Assembly (NCBI RefSeq): GCF_006345805.1
Contig: NC_043006.1
Coordinates: 2,976,001 to 3,040,000 of the forward strand
Length of the DNA stretch: 64,000 nt
Reading direction: 5' to 3'
Source of the DNA: Octopus sinensis
Taxonomy: Eukaryota
Position numbers and translations under genes: made by a program
The notes under the pieces: model-generated
The model's input: the letters and a program-made list of their open reading frames with translations, nothing else
What the model was told of the DNA's origin: nothing
The model's database searches: none
Shown: one piece after another, positions 1-13,691 of the stretch
How the letters are laid out: the number at the start of each line of letters is the position of its first letter
Position numbering within the stretch: position 1 is the stretch's first letter

Positions 1-229
1 TGTCTTCTAATCCATTTCGTATGATACTCACAGAAAGCAAACACTGTAATGTGTTCTACTGTTGAACCATACAACCTGATAATTTCTCCAATAAGTCAAA
101 GAATCTTAAAATTGGTGCCATTTATTTTCATGCTTCTTTTTTCTTCATGTTTTGTTTCTGTTTTGTGGATATCTTTAATTTGTCAAATATCATGGGTGTT
201 AGGTTTGTTTCATCCACCTAACTATGGAG

Positions 230-3200
230 AGAGAGGATTCAATGAGTGCCAGACTTTCATTGAAGTCATTCAGTTCTTTAGTGACAACTTTCTAGAAGAT
301 TTTAGAATGGCTGGGGGGACAGCTGGCAATTCTTGTCTTAGATGTACTCAGTACTTCAGAACAATCCATTCAGCTGTCCAGGGTCATTGCACCTCTGCTG
401 TTTCCCTCTATAATTTGCTCTGTCTTCGTGTCTGTACTTATAACTGTCATCAGTTTCCATGGGACCTTCCACCAGATCGTGTCGGAAGCAGCTTCTGAAT
501 CAATAAAGTGGAAGAGAAATTAGCTTGATGTTTTGCTTTTATAATTATTCATCTGACTCTAAAATTGTAGTGTGGCATAGCCATCTTCTCTCAAGTCTGA
601 AATAAAACTTACCCTCTCCCACATTTCTTCATTTTGATATTTTATTCTGCAGAGGAGGATTCTCCTGAGCACTTTTCCTATTACACACACACACACACAC
701 AAATACACTCTCTCTGTCGTTCTCTCTCTCTCTCTCTCTCTCTCTCACAGAGAGAGAGAGAGAAGGGGGAAGCAAAAGAGGCCTTCCTCACTCCTGAATA
801 TCCTCCATAACATGAGATTTCCTCATATGAAGTGTATTTTGCCATTGGTTTCCATATCCTAAATTGATCTGCATTCTGCTGAAAATATTACTTTTGAAAT
901 GCATGCTGCATAAAGCATGGATCTGTGAAAACATTTGAAGAGAAATAAATAATATAGTAACATTGCAGTAATACATCTGTAGTACATAAATGATGGTGAT
1001 GGCCATGTGGTGGGAACTGGTGCATGAAGGGGTGCCTGCTGCTGGAAGAAGGACTGTAGAGTATTGGCTTCAGGCATTCTATGTCTTTGCAAAATTCAAT
1101 CCAAGAACTGAGTTTATTATGAACTCCTTTTGTAATTTTTGTCTGTTATGTTTGTAACCAGAACCATTCTCTGCAGAGACTAGCAAACTTTCTTCTGTAA
1201 GTTCCAACCGTTTATTCTTGACTGTCAGCTTGAAGTGGAATGAGTGTAGCTTTGTAGCTTTTGTATTCTCTTCTTGGCCTGCTCTGGTTCTCGCATTATT
1301 GACACCTCATTAGGAAAACTTTCTCAGTGGGAACCTAGCAACTCCATTGCTTGGTTATTGATCAATTCTTCAAGCTGTCATATGCCAGTGTCAGCACGAC
1401 TTGCTGAACTTGTTTTAGACTTACTGGTGATGACAAAACAGTTGGAATCATGGATAGAGTCTGGTCATTATACTGTAGCTTAGGATTTCTCATAACTTGT
1501 CTGTGTTATTCACTGCATCTATGATGGACTTCTTCTTCCAGAAATCTTTAACTGTAGACTTATCCTCCTCATCAGTTACTTATACATGTTGTTTCAAAGT
1601 TATTTTCAGATAATATGCCTTGTCGTTAGCTCTCATGCTTTGACCTGTTGACTGGAGCAATATTATATTCTTGGGAATCTATTTCACAAACTTTATCAGA
1701 AAAATTTCTTTTGGGTTCAGTGGAGTGCATTGTTCTAGAAAGATGAATGCTTCATTGGAAATATTGTAGCTGATACTGCACCTTTCTACTAGAGGCAAAA
1801 AATGCTCGTTAACTTGTCTTGAAAAAGATTTCTTGCCAATCCTTATTTGAATGCTGAATGACAATTACATCAAATTTACTATAACCCTTGAAAGCTCTTG
1901 GATTTTTGAAGTGACACGCAAGCAGGGTCTTTCATTTCATATCACCTGTAGCATTTCCTTGCACAAGAAGCATCAACTGACTTTTGGAAACCTTTAAATC
2001 TGGTGCTGGTTTTATTTCGGTAGAAATAAAGTTCCTGGAAGATATGTTCTTTGAGAAAATTCCTGGTTTTTATCTGTGTTGTACTCTTTTTTTCTTCTTT
2101 TTTTTTTGTTCTGATATTTAACCTCCTTCACTGATGATTTTTCTTCAGCTCCTCTTTGATAATTGGTTGCAGCACTGGCCAGTTTGGCTGCCCATTTTAA
2201 TGTTGTGTCAATTCAGGTGCCTCTTGACCCCCTCAAACCAGTCTTTACTCGCAAGAAAAGGTTTTTTTTTGCATCAGATGGGCACCTCCCACTTTCTGCA
2301 TTTTATACAAACTTTTAACTTTGACTGGAATGGGAATTGGATTTATCAGTTCATCACATCCACTTTTGGTCATGAATCCACAGTCAAGAGCCATTCATTT
2401 TAAGTGCCACCCCAGGTCTTAGGATACCAGTGTCTGGGCACTTGACCTAATTTTATCTTTATTGTGGTTTTTCCCATTATAAATGGGACTGTTAACACAC
2501 ACACACACTCTCTCTCTCTCTCACACACAGACACAACACACACACATACACACACACAACACACACAACACAACACACACAACACACACACACACAACAC
2601 ACACACACACACATGCAACTGATGGCAGTTGACTTCAAAATGTGTATGACCATTACATGTTGATAAGCTGCAAAGCTAAGATGGTGTCCTTTTAGCTGAG
2701 CTGATGATCTTCGGTGTTTGCTGCGACCATCACATACACAGCTGTTTTCAGTTAAATGCCATGCAGAATCATAACATTTGGCATTCTCTACAGACGTGTG
2801 TCTTTTTCGACTCCCAGTAAAAAGACATTTTATTATGTGATTTCCATACTTTCAGGTAGCCAAGATTTATTAATTGATAGCTTTTATTCATATAGCCTCA
2901 AGTGATTAACAAGATCGGCTTAAGATAGAGAAAATTAGTTACAAGTTGAACATTTGATGTTAGGATTGATATCAATGGAGTTACCGTTCCTTGTATTTCC
3001 TTTCAGCTTTGCATCTTTGATGCAGTTCTGTTCAAAATGTATGGACGGACGTTTTGAGTGTGTTTTCTCTTCAGACACCCTATCAGTTGCCAGTATTTCT
3101 TAACTTTCCAGATGAAGTTTGCATTGTCTCAGAACATAGTTCTTCTCTATAGAGTCGGCACTTTGCATTTCCTTTCTCTTTCATACGAGTGATGTATTTA

Positions 3201-4310
3201 TCCACCTCAGTCTACAATTTTGCAAGTGTGACAGCTATGGGTTTGTTTGTTTTATGCTTTTTATTGTCAAATCAAGCTTTACTTTTGGATTTTGCAACTC
3301 TGTTACTGCTTTTGAAATTTGGTTAACCTTGGTCTTTGAAATCATCCCATTTAGTGGTATCTACCAATAAATTAAATCCTTTCTTTAATCCCTTTGCCTG
3401 ACATATTTTTCTTTAGCTTTTCAACATCAAACCTTTTGAAACATTGAACATCTTTTCTAATTTTGAACTTGTGTTTAGGTTATGCAATGTGATCTCTTCA
3501 AATACTGTACTTCTTAAAACCAAGACATCCTCTCACATCATTCAAATCTTTTCTAGTTTGAACATAATCAATCATTGTCATTTCTTGGAATCTGAGTTCC
3601 TTTTGTAAATCGGTTTCTGGCCAAAGAAAATGCTACAATAAAATTCAATTCTGAGCACACTTGTTGTGGCATAAGTAAACCATTGAAGTTTTAACTTTTA
3701 TTGTTTCGTTTCATGATGCCCTAAACATCATTCATATTTCAAAATTTTTACCAATTTCTGAATTATTGTCTCTCTGAAATTATTACTTTATCTCCAGCTG
3801 AAAATTCCTCAATAATGCTTTTTAGTTGCTCATAAAAAAAGATTTTTATCATCATCATCACAATCATACTGATCAATGTTACTGAGTGACCAAAAGACAG
3901 AAGTATAGACACAGATCCATAATTTAAGCCAGGTAATTAATTATTCAGTAAAATATTGGATTAATATTTTCTTAACAGCAAAACTAACTCTAAACACTCT
4001 CTCCTAATTGTCTTTTCCACATCAAAAAATAGTGTTGTCACCTCTTGTTTCAGAATATTGACCCATGCCAGTAAAATGGGTTTCAAATAAGGCCACAGTA
4101 TCCGTTGTGTACTTAAGCAAATTCCATGCAAGGGAAATAAGTTTTTTTCTTTCAGCAGATACTTCATTGTCAATCAAGCTTCTTATGTCCCAACAGCCAA
4201 TTAGATATACATCCCTTGTAGCAGCCATTTGATGGTGGCTTGAACTCTGCTCCCTTCCCTTGCAACTTTTACCTGGCCAAATCTGCGAAATCAAGTCTCA
4301 CAAGCTCTTT
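230..4310 (-). mobile_element. Heavily degraded RTE-clade LINE (endonuclease, RT and C-terminal remnants); boundaries approximate
   Basis: ORF 4022..4294 (IGCWDIRSLID...VALFETHFTGMGQYSE) is a recognisable RTE APE-endonuclease N-terminus. Downstream minus-strand fragments (QLEELINN ~1370, MYYRCITAMLLY ~960, RLERRWLCH ~580) follow RTE ORF2 order with many stops and frameshifts. Confidence 0.6.
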
Positions 4311-4363
4311 TTCCTATTTTCATTATTTTGCGGGTTTACATACATAAAGTTGATAATGTGTGT

Positions 4364-4490
4364 GTGCATGCATTTTTAGGTAACCACCAGCTATGTTTTA
4401 TCCAAAATCTACCACCCCCAGCCATGTACTACCCAAAATGTATCATCTTTAGGTATTATATGGCTGGTGGTTACCATAAAATGCATGCAC
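4364..4490. repeat. 127-bp MITE-like inverted repeat (33-bp arms)
   Basis: 4364-4396 and the reverse complement of 4458-4490 match at 29/33 positions; 61-nt spacer. Confidence 0.75.
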
Positions 4491-6732
4491 CCATAAAAAC
4501 ACATTCTTTAGAAAAATTTGAAGACTACAAAAAATATATGAGAATATGATCTCTAAGATATTTAAGCTCAACACAAGGGGACCTTCTGCATTAATAATGC
4601 AATACCTGTGCATAATAAATGGAAAATTTAGTTTTCACAACACCTTGCTACTTTGTTTGAAACACTCCATGCTACTAAAATCATTAGGTTTTATAAATGG
4701 TTGCAGAACAAAAATTATATTGGCTTGACTATTAGGTTTTTATCTGAAGTGGCCTCATAGAGTGGCTGCCTTCATTATGGTTCCAAAGCACAGATATATC
4801 ATTCAGTGGACTTGCAGCTTGCTCGTCCTTCTGTACTGTTGTGACATTGAGTTCAAGCAGACTTTCACAAGTTTTGCTTTGTTACACTGATGTTTTAGCA
4901 ACTCTCTCCACCTGGCTAACTTGGTGGCAGTGCTGATGGAAAAAGGAGAGATAGGGAGAGTGTGGGGGGGGGGGCAGTTTTTAGTAAACACACATTTTTG
5001 ACCCTGCTGTAAAAAGTAGAGCAAAGGATTTCCAATGAAGCTGTAAAAAACATTGAGACAAGCCGGGTTTAGCTTTGTTTTCCTAGACTAAGAAAGAAAA
5101 CCATGTAATTTAACCTCATTATCATCTTTACGTAGTTGCAATGCGACTGTGTCGGTGACTAGGTCACAGTTGTATGATGAAAATGTTGGCCTCTTATGAA
5201 ATAAATTTAAAGTGAATTTAATTATTTTGTGCATTATAAAAGACAAGAAAGGCTTTTCCATGATTTAATTGCTCTGGTTTCAATAGTCGTAGACCAAGTC
5301 ACCTACTAGACAAGTACAAGCTAAATATGTATGTTCACTAAAAATATCTGATTTTATATTAATATTTCAATGTTATGCCACCCTCTGTTTCACTAAGGAA
5401 GTATTTTTCAATTGTTGACCTATTTTCATTATCAAATGCAGTCCTCAAACCAGCATGGGTCCCCCCTATCAAGTTCTTGATTATTTACTCTTGACATAAT
5501 GAAGCCAGTTTTAATCTATTACATTCCAATTAAGGAATGGCGTATGTTCTTGTATATGGAAAAAACTTTTCTAGATGTTGTTATGCAAAGCCTAAAACTT
5601 TTCCATTAATTTTCTTGGTTGTGGTTTGTTTCGTATGGGTCCTTATTCTTCATACTTCGTTGACTGCCATGTTTGTTGCAGATTACCAACTTCTTAGACT
5701 GAAGAAACGTTTCTCTATTGAAGAAAAATTAACACCACATCTTAATATCTGCTACCTACTACCACCACCACCTCTACTACTACTTTAGCCATGTCATCAA
5801 AGCAAATTTCATTGTTACAAAACATTTTATTGTTGTAATGTGTAGCTGATTTAAAAAGAAAAAGTGTTGTAAATTTTTTGGGGGGCTGTAGAGACACTTT
5901 TATATTAGAAAGGCCAAAAGAACAAAGGTACTGTTAATACGGTGCTTGAAATATTGGAGTCCAAGATGTCCATGAGAAATAGGTAATAATCAAACTGAAG
6001 AATAGTCCTCAAAATCATCATTCTCTAGTGCAGAAGTATTGCAACTATAAATTTGATCGTCTTAATTATAGTAAAATTTCTTGTGTAGTTGGGGAACATA
6101 ATATTACAACACTTGAATTCAAAATGAAATGAATTTGACTTCATTAGTTTTATCCTTGAATTTCTAAGTGCATCAGTGTAAGATGACAGATGATTAATGA
6201 CAAAACGAATATTACAAGTAACTTAAGAATCGTGTTCTGTTGCCTCATAATAAGCAACTAGTTTCTTCGCTCTATGATGTGTATTTATATTCAATGAGTG
6301 TACAAATGAAATATATGTGAAATATATCTTTTCAAAATAGAGAAAATTTTCTCAAGTAGTTTCCCTGCCTGAAAAGATTTTTGATGAGTTTTGATTATGA
6401 TTTTATAAAGAAAATAATATCTTTGAAAGTTCAAAAAGAGTTCTAGGTGTATGACTCCCATTATAACATTGAAAAAGGCAACAACTGTTATCAGATATAT
6501 CTTTGAACAAATCATATTCTAGGCAAAAGGGAACGATGGCACAGCAACTGTTATGATCTTGGTTCAACATGGGTTTATAATCAGGAATAACAAAATCTCT
6601 TAAAGGCCATTTTGCTCTATATCTTTCACTGCTGTTGCATAAGCTGGTTCTCATTATTTCTTTCTCTTTTGCATAACTTATGATGTTCTAGTTACATTAC
6701 TCTCATATTGTAGTAGTAGTAGTAGTAGTAGT

Positions 6733-6954
6733 ATAATAATGGTTTCAAATTTTGGTACAAGGCCAGCAATTTTGGGGGAGGGGATGAGCCAATTACATTG
6801 ACCCTAGTGTTCAACAGGTACTTATTTTATCGACCCTGTAAGGATAAAAGACAAAGTCAACATTGGTAGAATTTGAACTCAGAATGTAAACCTGGACAAA
6901 ATGCTGCTAAGCATTTTGCCCTGCATGCAAATGATTCTGCTAGTTTGCCACCTT
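6733..6954 (-). mobile_element. tRNA-derived SINE, family A (ggtggcgagctggcagaat...ttcatcctttcggggtc...ataagtaccag type)
   Basis: Reverse complement matches the copies at 41370, 54377 and 59815; B-box-like gagttcaaat; AT-rich (ATT)n tail. Confidence 0.85.
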
Positions 6955-7449
6955 CAATAATAATAATGATAATAATAACAATAATAATAATAATAATGGT
7001 CTGTTTTTTACTCTTGGTATGGGTTGACAAGTTTTGCTATATTTTTTCTCTCTCTCTCTCAATCTTCCTATTATCTGTGGTGTGAAATTAAATATACTTA
7101 AATCCAGCCTCAACATTTGTTCCGTGCCTTCCTTGGTGTTCCTTTATCAAAGTTGCCTTCAACTGTTAACTTCATAGCATTTTCCCACCCAACACCATTT
7201 TCTCATTCATTTTCATCAAATATCTATAACAGAGCAGCTACCTTTTCCTGCACCCATCATTATCCAGTGCCCAGTAACTTTCTCAGCTTACCTCTGATCT
7301 CCCCAGTTTTCATCTCAAGTCCCTTTTATGGTGAGGTATGTCTCACTAATATGTGTTGTCGTGCTCCTTATATCTGTTCCATTTGTACAGTTTGCCCTTT
7401 GAATAGAGTTGCTCTGATCAATGAAATCCTTGTGTTTATGATTTTGTGA

Positions 7450-8160
7450 CTTCTATAACGATTCAGCATTGTGTATATTTTAAATCAGATATTATCAGAG
7501 TAATCCAACAAAGCCAACTCTTTAATCCAGTCTGTTTGGTTTACTTAATAAAAGCAAGTAGTACAATAAATACTTAAGGCCATATTTGGTTTTCTGAGTT
7601 CACTTAATACTGTCTGGCTGTACAAGATTGGTTGACCAAACTATTTCCCTACTGCTTTACAGATTGTTTATCTTCAAACCATTAATCAGCAGCCATTAAT
7701 CAGCTCTTGTGGCATCACCAGAACACTTTTGGATTTCATTACTTCAGATCAAGTTTTACTTACTTTATTCTGTTTGTTATCTCAACTGAGTGAAGTGGCA
7801 CAAAGTTGAGGTAGAATCCTCCACACAGCGTCAGCTCATTGAATTTTGAGAGGAAAGCATGAATGCCTTGTACTCTCACTTCCTTTCTTGTTTCTACTAG
7901 AAACTTTGTTCCTGTGTAAGAAATCCCTGTATTGTTTTGGTCCTTAGTCAACAGCCTTGAGGCCCTGCTTTGAATACCAATTGGAATTACCCCTCTCACA
8001 TTTCAAGTACTTTTGCCACATGTGAATGTCATCTTCTCACTAAATGGACCAAAGTCAGAATTTCTGGCCATAATTTTTCAGTTGTTCAATCAACTGAAAC
8101 TTCCAAGCTCACTGGATTAGCATATAAGGTGGCTCCACATCACATGCACATATGTACTTT
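7450..8160 (-). mobile_element. Possible very degraded CR1/L2-like LINE RT remnant
   Basis: Scattered minus-strand fragments resembling KLKNYG... and GPQGC... in RT order; weak. Confidence 0.3.
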
Positions 8161-9071
8161 TTATGTAATTCTCAGCCAAAAATCATAAAAGTGTGACGTG
8201 GTTAGCTCTTTGAATTACAGCTGCAATCCCTTCAATGGGCTTCTATACAATTTCTGACTACCCATTTTCTCTCACAAGATACCAGTTGACTTAAAGCTAT
8301 GGTAAAAGACATTTGCCAAAGATGTCACATTGTGGAATCAAGCTGACCTCCAGATGAAGAAATAAACTTCTCAACCATTTGCTAATACAATCATTGTATG
8401 AGCTTCCTGCAACAACTCATAAAATTCTCAGATTTCATGTCTGTTTTATTATCTTGTCTTGATCTCAACCTCTGCTAAAAATCTCATAGAAACAAATCTC
8501 CAACTCAGATTGTCATTTCTTGCTTCAACTGAAAAATTATGTGTGAACCTTTTTTTCCAGGTGAATTCACCTTCAAGTTTAACTTTATAACTTTTTTCAG
8601 GGTTAAACAGAAAATAAACCGAATGTAATAAAAATAAAGATAATAACTGAGTGAAGTTTAAATTAAATTCCTTCTCACCTGAAAATTAATTTTGTATTAG
8701 TGTTTGTCTAATGACTTAATGTAGCACAAAGCTGGCATTAACTTTAAAGCTGTCAGTTAGATTGCATTTTGTCTCTTTTTATTGAAAGACCAATTTCTGA
8801 TTGTACAGCAAAGATTTCTGTGAGTCTCATGTCTTGGACAGTTTTGCAAACTTAACTACAGAGTGTGTAACTTTAATTTAGTAAGATAGTTTAATAGGTT
8901 CTTCTCCAAGTTATAATCACTGATTAATTTGACAATTCCAGCATACTAATGAAGATAGACTAATTCCTATGCTGGTACCATTTTGTTTGATTTTGTTCTT
9001 TTGCAAGATTTAGTTTGTTCTTGTTTTGTTAACCTTTGCTATAATATATGTAACTAATGCCTTGATTAGTG

Positions 9072-9149
9072 ACTTAGTCAGTCAGGTGTCTTCTTCGGTA
9101 ATTTCTTTCGATCTTTTCCGCTTGGTAAGTTGTTTTCTTGAATGACTCA
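9072..9149 (+). promoter_or_regulatory. Possible Inr-like start and short non-coding first exon
   Basis: TCAGT motif in gacttagtcagtcagg, perfect donor TTG|gtaagt at 9125, and AP-1-type TGACTCA at 9143-9149. Motif-level evidence only. Confidence 0.2.
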
Positions 9150-9735
9150 ATCTTTAAAGAATGTATCGTAGCACAAAGAATTCATTTACAATCAAAAGCA
9201 TTTTCTCACTTCTATTTAATTTTAATTCTTCATTAAACAATAACAACAAAATGCAAAAAAAAAAGGAAAATGAAAGCCAAAAAGAACACCTAAATTCCTA
9301 ATGTCACAGCCCTTTCATATTTTAAAAGAGTGGAGGGGGGGGGATTTCTTAATATATTTTTTCACCATTTTGTGTCCAGTTATGGTTAAATGAATGCATT
9401 GTTGATTTATGTTAGTTGTATTTATTATCCTTGTTTGTTAACCTGCATTCTATCATTAGTTTATTAATCTATTAAAACAAACTGTGTTGCCATCTCTTAA
9501 CTTCCCCATCAGTTCTTGTTTTGATTATGAAAGTTTCAAGAACAGTCATAGGATTTAGCTTTAATGACAGCATAAGATTACCTTTCACATGTTTAACCCA
9601 TTTCTTGTCATTGTTTAGTCATTTCTTGTGTTTTAGTTCCCCTCGTTAGTGCATCTTGATGGAAATATTTATGTGACGAGTGTATGAATAAACACAAATG
9701 GTTACGCTTTCTGTTTTGTGTTTTTTTTCTTTTAG

Positions 9736-9774
9736 TAGAATAGCAGGGAGCCTACTCTGCATTTATAATGACAA
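9736..9774 (+). CDS. Speculative start micro-exon (ATG ACA A| at 9768-9774) for the Pax gene
   Basis: Strong polypyrimidine acceptor (ttttttttcttttag|), ATG with A at -3, phase-1 donor A|gtagac (weak). The phase matches exon 22390 (would give MTSRPSRQR...). Unverified. Confidence 0.2.
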
Positions 9775-10094
9775 GTAGACTTCTATGTGTATATTATAGG
9801 CCCCCTTCTCTGCCAAGCCATGTTGGGCCACCGTGACAAAGTAGGCCCCTCATCAAACCAGTTTGATCTCAAGCTCAAATTCACAGCTCCATATTAGATT
9901 GTGGTTGGTGAAGACAACGTGCTGAGGCCTTTGTCTTGCAGTGGACTGGATATTGGCAACCTAATCCCGTGTGTGTTACATAAGCTAACAGAAAACTGCA
10001 TGGAGGGTTGTGTTTTTGCTGGTTGTAGTTCTGTTTGTTTATTCATATCAGAATACGAACTGTATGCTTGCATGCATATGTATGTTTGTTTGTA

Positions 10095-10137
<43 letters not shown>

Positions 10138-10909
10138 TTGTGTATGTGCATATGTGTGCATGTATTGTCTACATGAATAAATGTGTGTCTACCTTCATTT
10201 TATTGTGTGTGTGTGTACTGGGTGGGGCTTTGATAACGTAATGACATTTTATTGCCCCACCCCCTACCTGCCTCCATTTCAAAGCCATAAGAAACCTCCA
10301 GTTGTTAGTACCTTCACCACCACCACCACCACCACCACTCATACTCTATCTCTGTGTACAACCGTCACCACCATACTTACTCCTTGCTTTATTGGTATGT
10401 CCAGCTACATTTTTGCCCATCTCCCACTCTACAAGCAACCGGATGGATTACGAGCGGGTCTGCAGCTGAAACTAAATGTCTAGTGTTAAGACTCACTGTT
10501 TTAGTAGAGATGCACAAGTACATTTTCACATGCATGGTGGGGGAATGGTTAGACTCACTTGCTTCAAAACAATAAAGCTCTGAGTTCAATTTCATTGCAT
10601 GGCATCTTTTTAGCATGACATCGAATCAGCCCAAATCTTGTGAGCAGAATTCTGTGTACGGAAATGGTGCTGAAGCTCATAGGATGACTGTGCTTCCAAT
10701 TCAAAGGTTCAACAACTTGGACACAGTGTTCTGCTGATTCCACCAGTGAATTAAGTGAAGGGTACCTGAGTTGGTGGAATACTCAGCCAGTTTTGCATGC
10801 TGATTCAATGTGTATGTTATTCAGTTGATGTTTATGCATCATTTTTGATTGGAAAACCTGCCCTTGTCTTTGTGTGTGTGTATTTATGTGTGTGTGTGTG
10901 TGTGTGTGT

Positions 10910-10912
10910 GCT

Positions 10913-10951
<39 letters not shown>

Positions 10952-11087
10952 GACTTCTTTCAGTTTCTGTCTACCAAATCCCTTCACAAGGCTATAGTTG
11001 AAGACACTTTCCGATGGTGCCATCCAGTGGGACTGAATCCAGAACCATGTGGTTGGAAAGCAAACTCCTTACCATGCAGCCACACTC
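10910..11087 (-). mobile_element. tRNA-derived SINE, family B (partial, degraded)
   Basis: Reverse complement aligns to the 5' half of the copy at 18595 (gtggctg..ggtaag...aaccacatggttc..ttcagtcccactg...gtgtcttc..ctatagcc). Confidence 0.8.
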
Positions 11088-11094
11088 TCACTTA

Positions 11095-11159
11095 TACATA
11101 TGTGTGTGTGCGTGTATGTGTGTGAGATATGTATATGTATATGTATATATATATATGTG

Positions 11160-11199
<40 letters not shown>

Positions 11200-11715
11200 G
11201 TGTATAAATATATATGTGTATATATATATGTATATATATATATATATGTGTGTATATATATGTGTATATATATGTGTATATATATATGTGTATATATATA
11301 TGTATATATATATATGTATATATATATGTATATATATGTGTGTATATATATGTGTGTATATATATATATGTGTATGTATATATATATGTGTGTGTATATA
11401 TATATATGTGTATGTATATATTTGTGTATATATGTATGTGTATGTATATATTTGTGTATATATGTATGTATATGTATGTATGTGTGTATGTGTATGTATG
11501 TATGTATATGTATGTATGTGTATGTATATATATGTATGTGTATGTATATGTATGTATGTGTATGTATATGTATGTATGTTTATGTATATATATGTATGTG
11601 TATGTATATATATGTATGTATATATGTGTATGTATATATATGTATGTATATATGTCTATGTATATATATGTATGTATGTATATATGTGTATGTATGAATA
11701 TGTATGTATGTATAT
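11095..11715. repeat. Degenerate (TA)/(TG)/(TATG)n microsatellite array
   Basis: Direct inspection; source of the YI/MY-rich pseudo-ORFs. Confidence 0.95.
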
Positions 11716-11779
11716 CTCTGGAGGTATGCTGTGACTGAGAAGAGCTGGCAAATAAAGTGAGTTCACAGCGGTAACCTAC

Positions 11780-12178
11780 ACCAGTGTCGCATAACCAGCC
11801 CACTCAAAAGTACCTTGGGTTGTAGGGTGACATGCCCTGCTTGAGGAGACTTACTGAGTCAAGTACATCAACTTAAATGTCAAAATCAAATCAAATTATA
11901 ATCAAATGGAAATTATAGTTGTGACCCCCATGCTGGTGGCATGTAAAAAGCACCATCCGATCATGGCCAATGCCAGCTCCTCTGGCCCCTGTGCTGGTGG
12001 CACGTAAAAAGCACCCACTACACTCTTGGAGTGGTTGGCGTTAGGAAGGGCATCCAGCTGTTGAAAAACTGCCAGATCCGATTGGGGCCTGGTGCAGCCT
12101 CCTGGCTTTCCAGACCCCATTCGAACCGTCCACCCCATGCCAGCATGAAAAACGGATGTTAAATGAAGATGATAATGC
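11780..12178 (+). mobile_element. Non-LTR interspersed repeat, family C (GTGGCACGTAAAAAGCACC subrepeats, ggcgttaggaagggcatccagc core, (GAT)n tail)
   Basis: Seven related copies in the window (11780+, 12220-, 14160+, 17939-, 32790-, 44760+, 47450-). Confidence 0.85.
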
Positions 12179-12184
12179 TGTATG

Positions 12185-12219
<35 letters not shown>

Positions 12220-12473
12220 TCATCATCATCATCATCATCATCGTTTAACGTCCGTTTTCCACGCTAGCACGGGTTGGACGGTTCGACCGGGGTCCGGGAA
12301 GTCAGGGGCTGCTCCAGGCTCCAGTCTGATCTGGCAGAGTTTCTACGACTGGATGCCCTTCCTAACGCCAACCACTCCGCGAGTGTAGTGGGTGCTTTTT
12401 ACGTGCCACCTGCACAGGTGCCAGGGGGGTCCGGTATCGGTCACGATCAGTTGACCGTGACCGATGCCGGACC
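12220..12473 (-). mobile_element. Family C copy (young, CpG-rich) ending in an 18-bp snap-back inversion
   Basis: (CAT)n tail at 12220-12242; close reverse-complement match to 14170-14398. Confidence 0.9.
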
Positions 12474-12499
12474 AATATATATGTATATATGTGTGATAT

Positions 12500-12557
<58 letters not shown>

Positions 12558-12649
12558 GTTATATAATATATGTAATATGTATATATGTATATATATATAT
12601 GTATATATGTATATGTATATATATATATGTATATATGTATATATATCTA

Positions 12650-12682
<33 letters not shown>

Positions 12683-12787
12683 ATATATATATATGTATAT
12701 ATGTATATAATATATGTATATATTATGATATATATGTATATATATGTATATATATATGTATATATATACATGTATATATATATTATA

Positions 12788-12820
<33 letters not shown>

Positions 12821-13244
12821 CTGTATATATATATGTATATATATGTATATATATGTATTATATATGTATATATATATGTATATAATATGTATATATATGT
12901 ATATATATATATGTATATATATGTATATATATATATGTATATATATATATGTATATATATGTATATATATATGTATATATATGTATATATATATTATATA
13001 TATGTATATATATTATATATATATATGTATATATATATAGTATATATATTATATATATATATGTATATATATGTATATATATATATGTATATATATGTAT
13101 ATATATGTATGTATATATATATATATGTATATATATGTATAATATATGTATATATATGTATATATATGTATTATATTATGTATATATATATATGTATAAT
13201 ATGTATATATATATGTATATATATACATGTATATATATATTATA

Positions 13245-13277
<33 letters not shown>

Positions 13278-13660
13278 CTGTATATATATATGTATATATA
13301 TGTATATATATGTATTATATATGTATATATATATGTATATAATATGTATATATATGTATATATATATATGTATATATATGTATATATATATATGTATATA
13401 TATATATGTATATATATGTATATATATATGTATATATATGTATATATATATTATATATATGTATATATATTATATGTATATATATATATGTATATATGTA
13501 TATATATATGTATATATATATATATATCTGTATATATATGTATATATTATGTATGTTATATATGTATATATATATATGTAATATAGTATATATATATGTA
13601 TATATATTTAATATATGTATATATATATGTTATATATATGATATATTATGTATATATATG

Positions 13661-13691
<31 letters not shown>

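Noticed and set aside
49-498. 149-aa + strand ORF
   Set aside because: No recognisable domain; lies antisense to a degraded RTE remnant.
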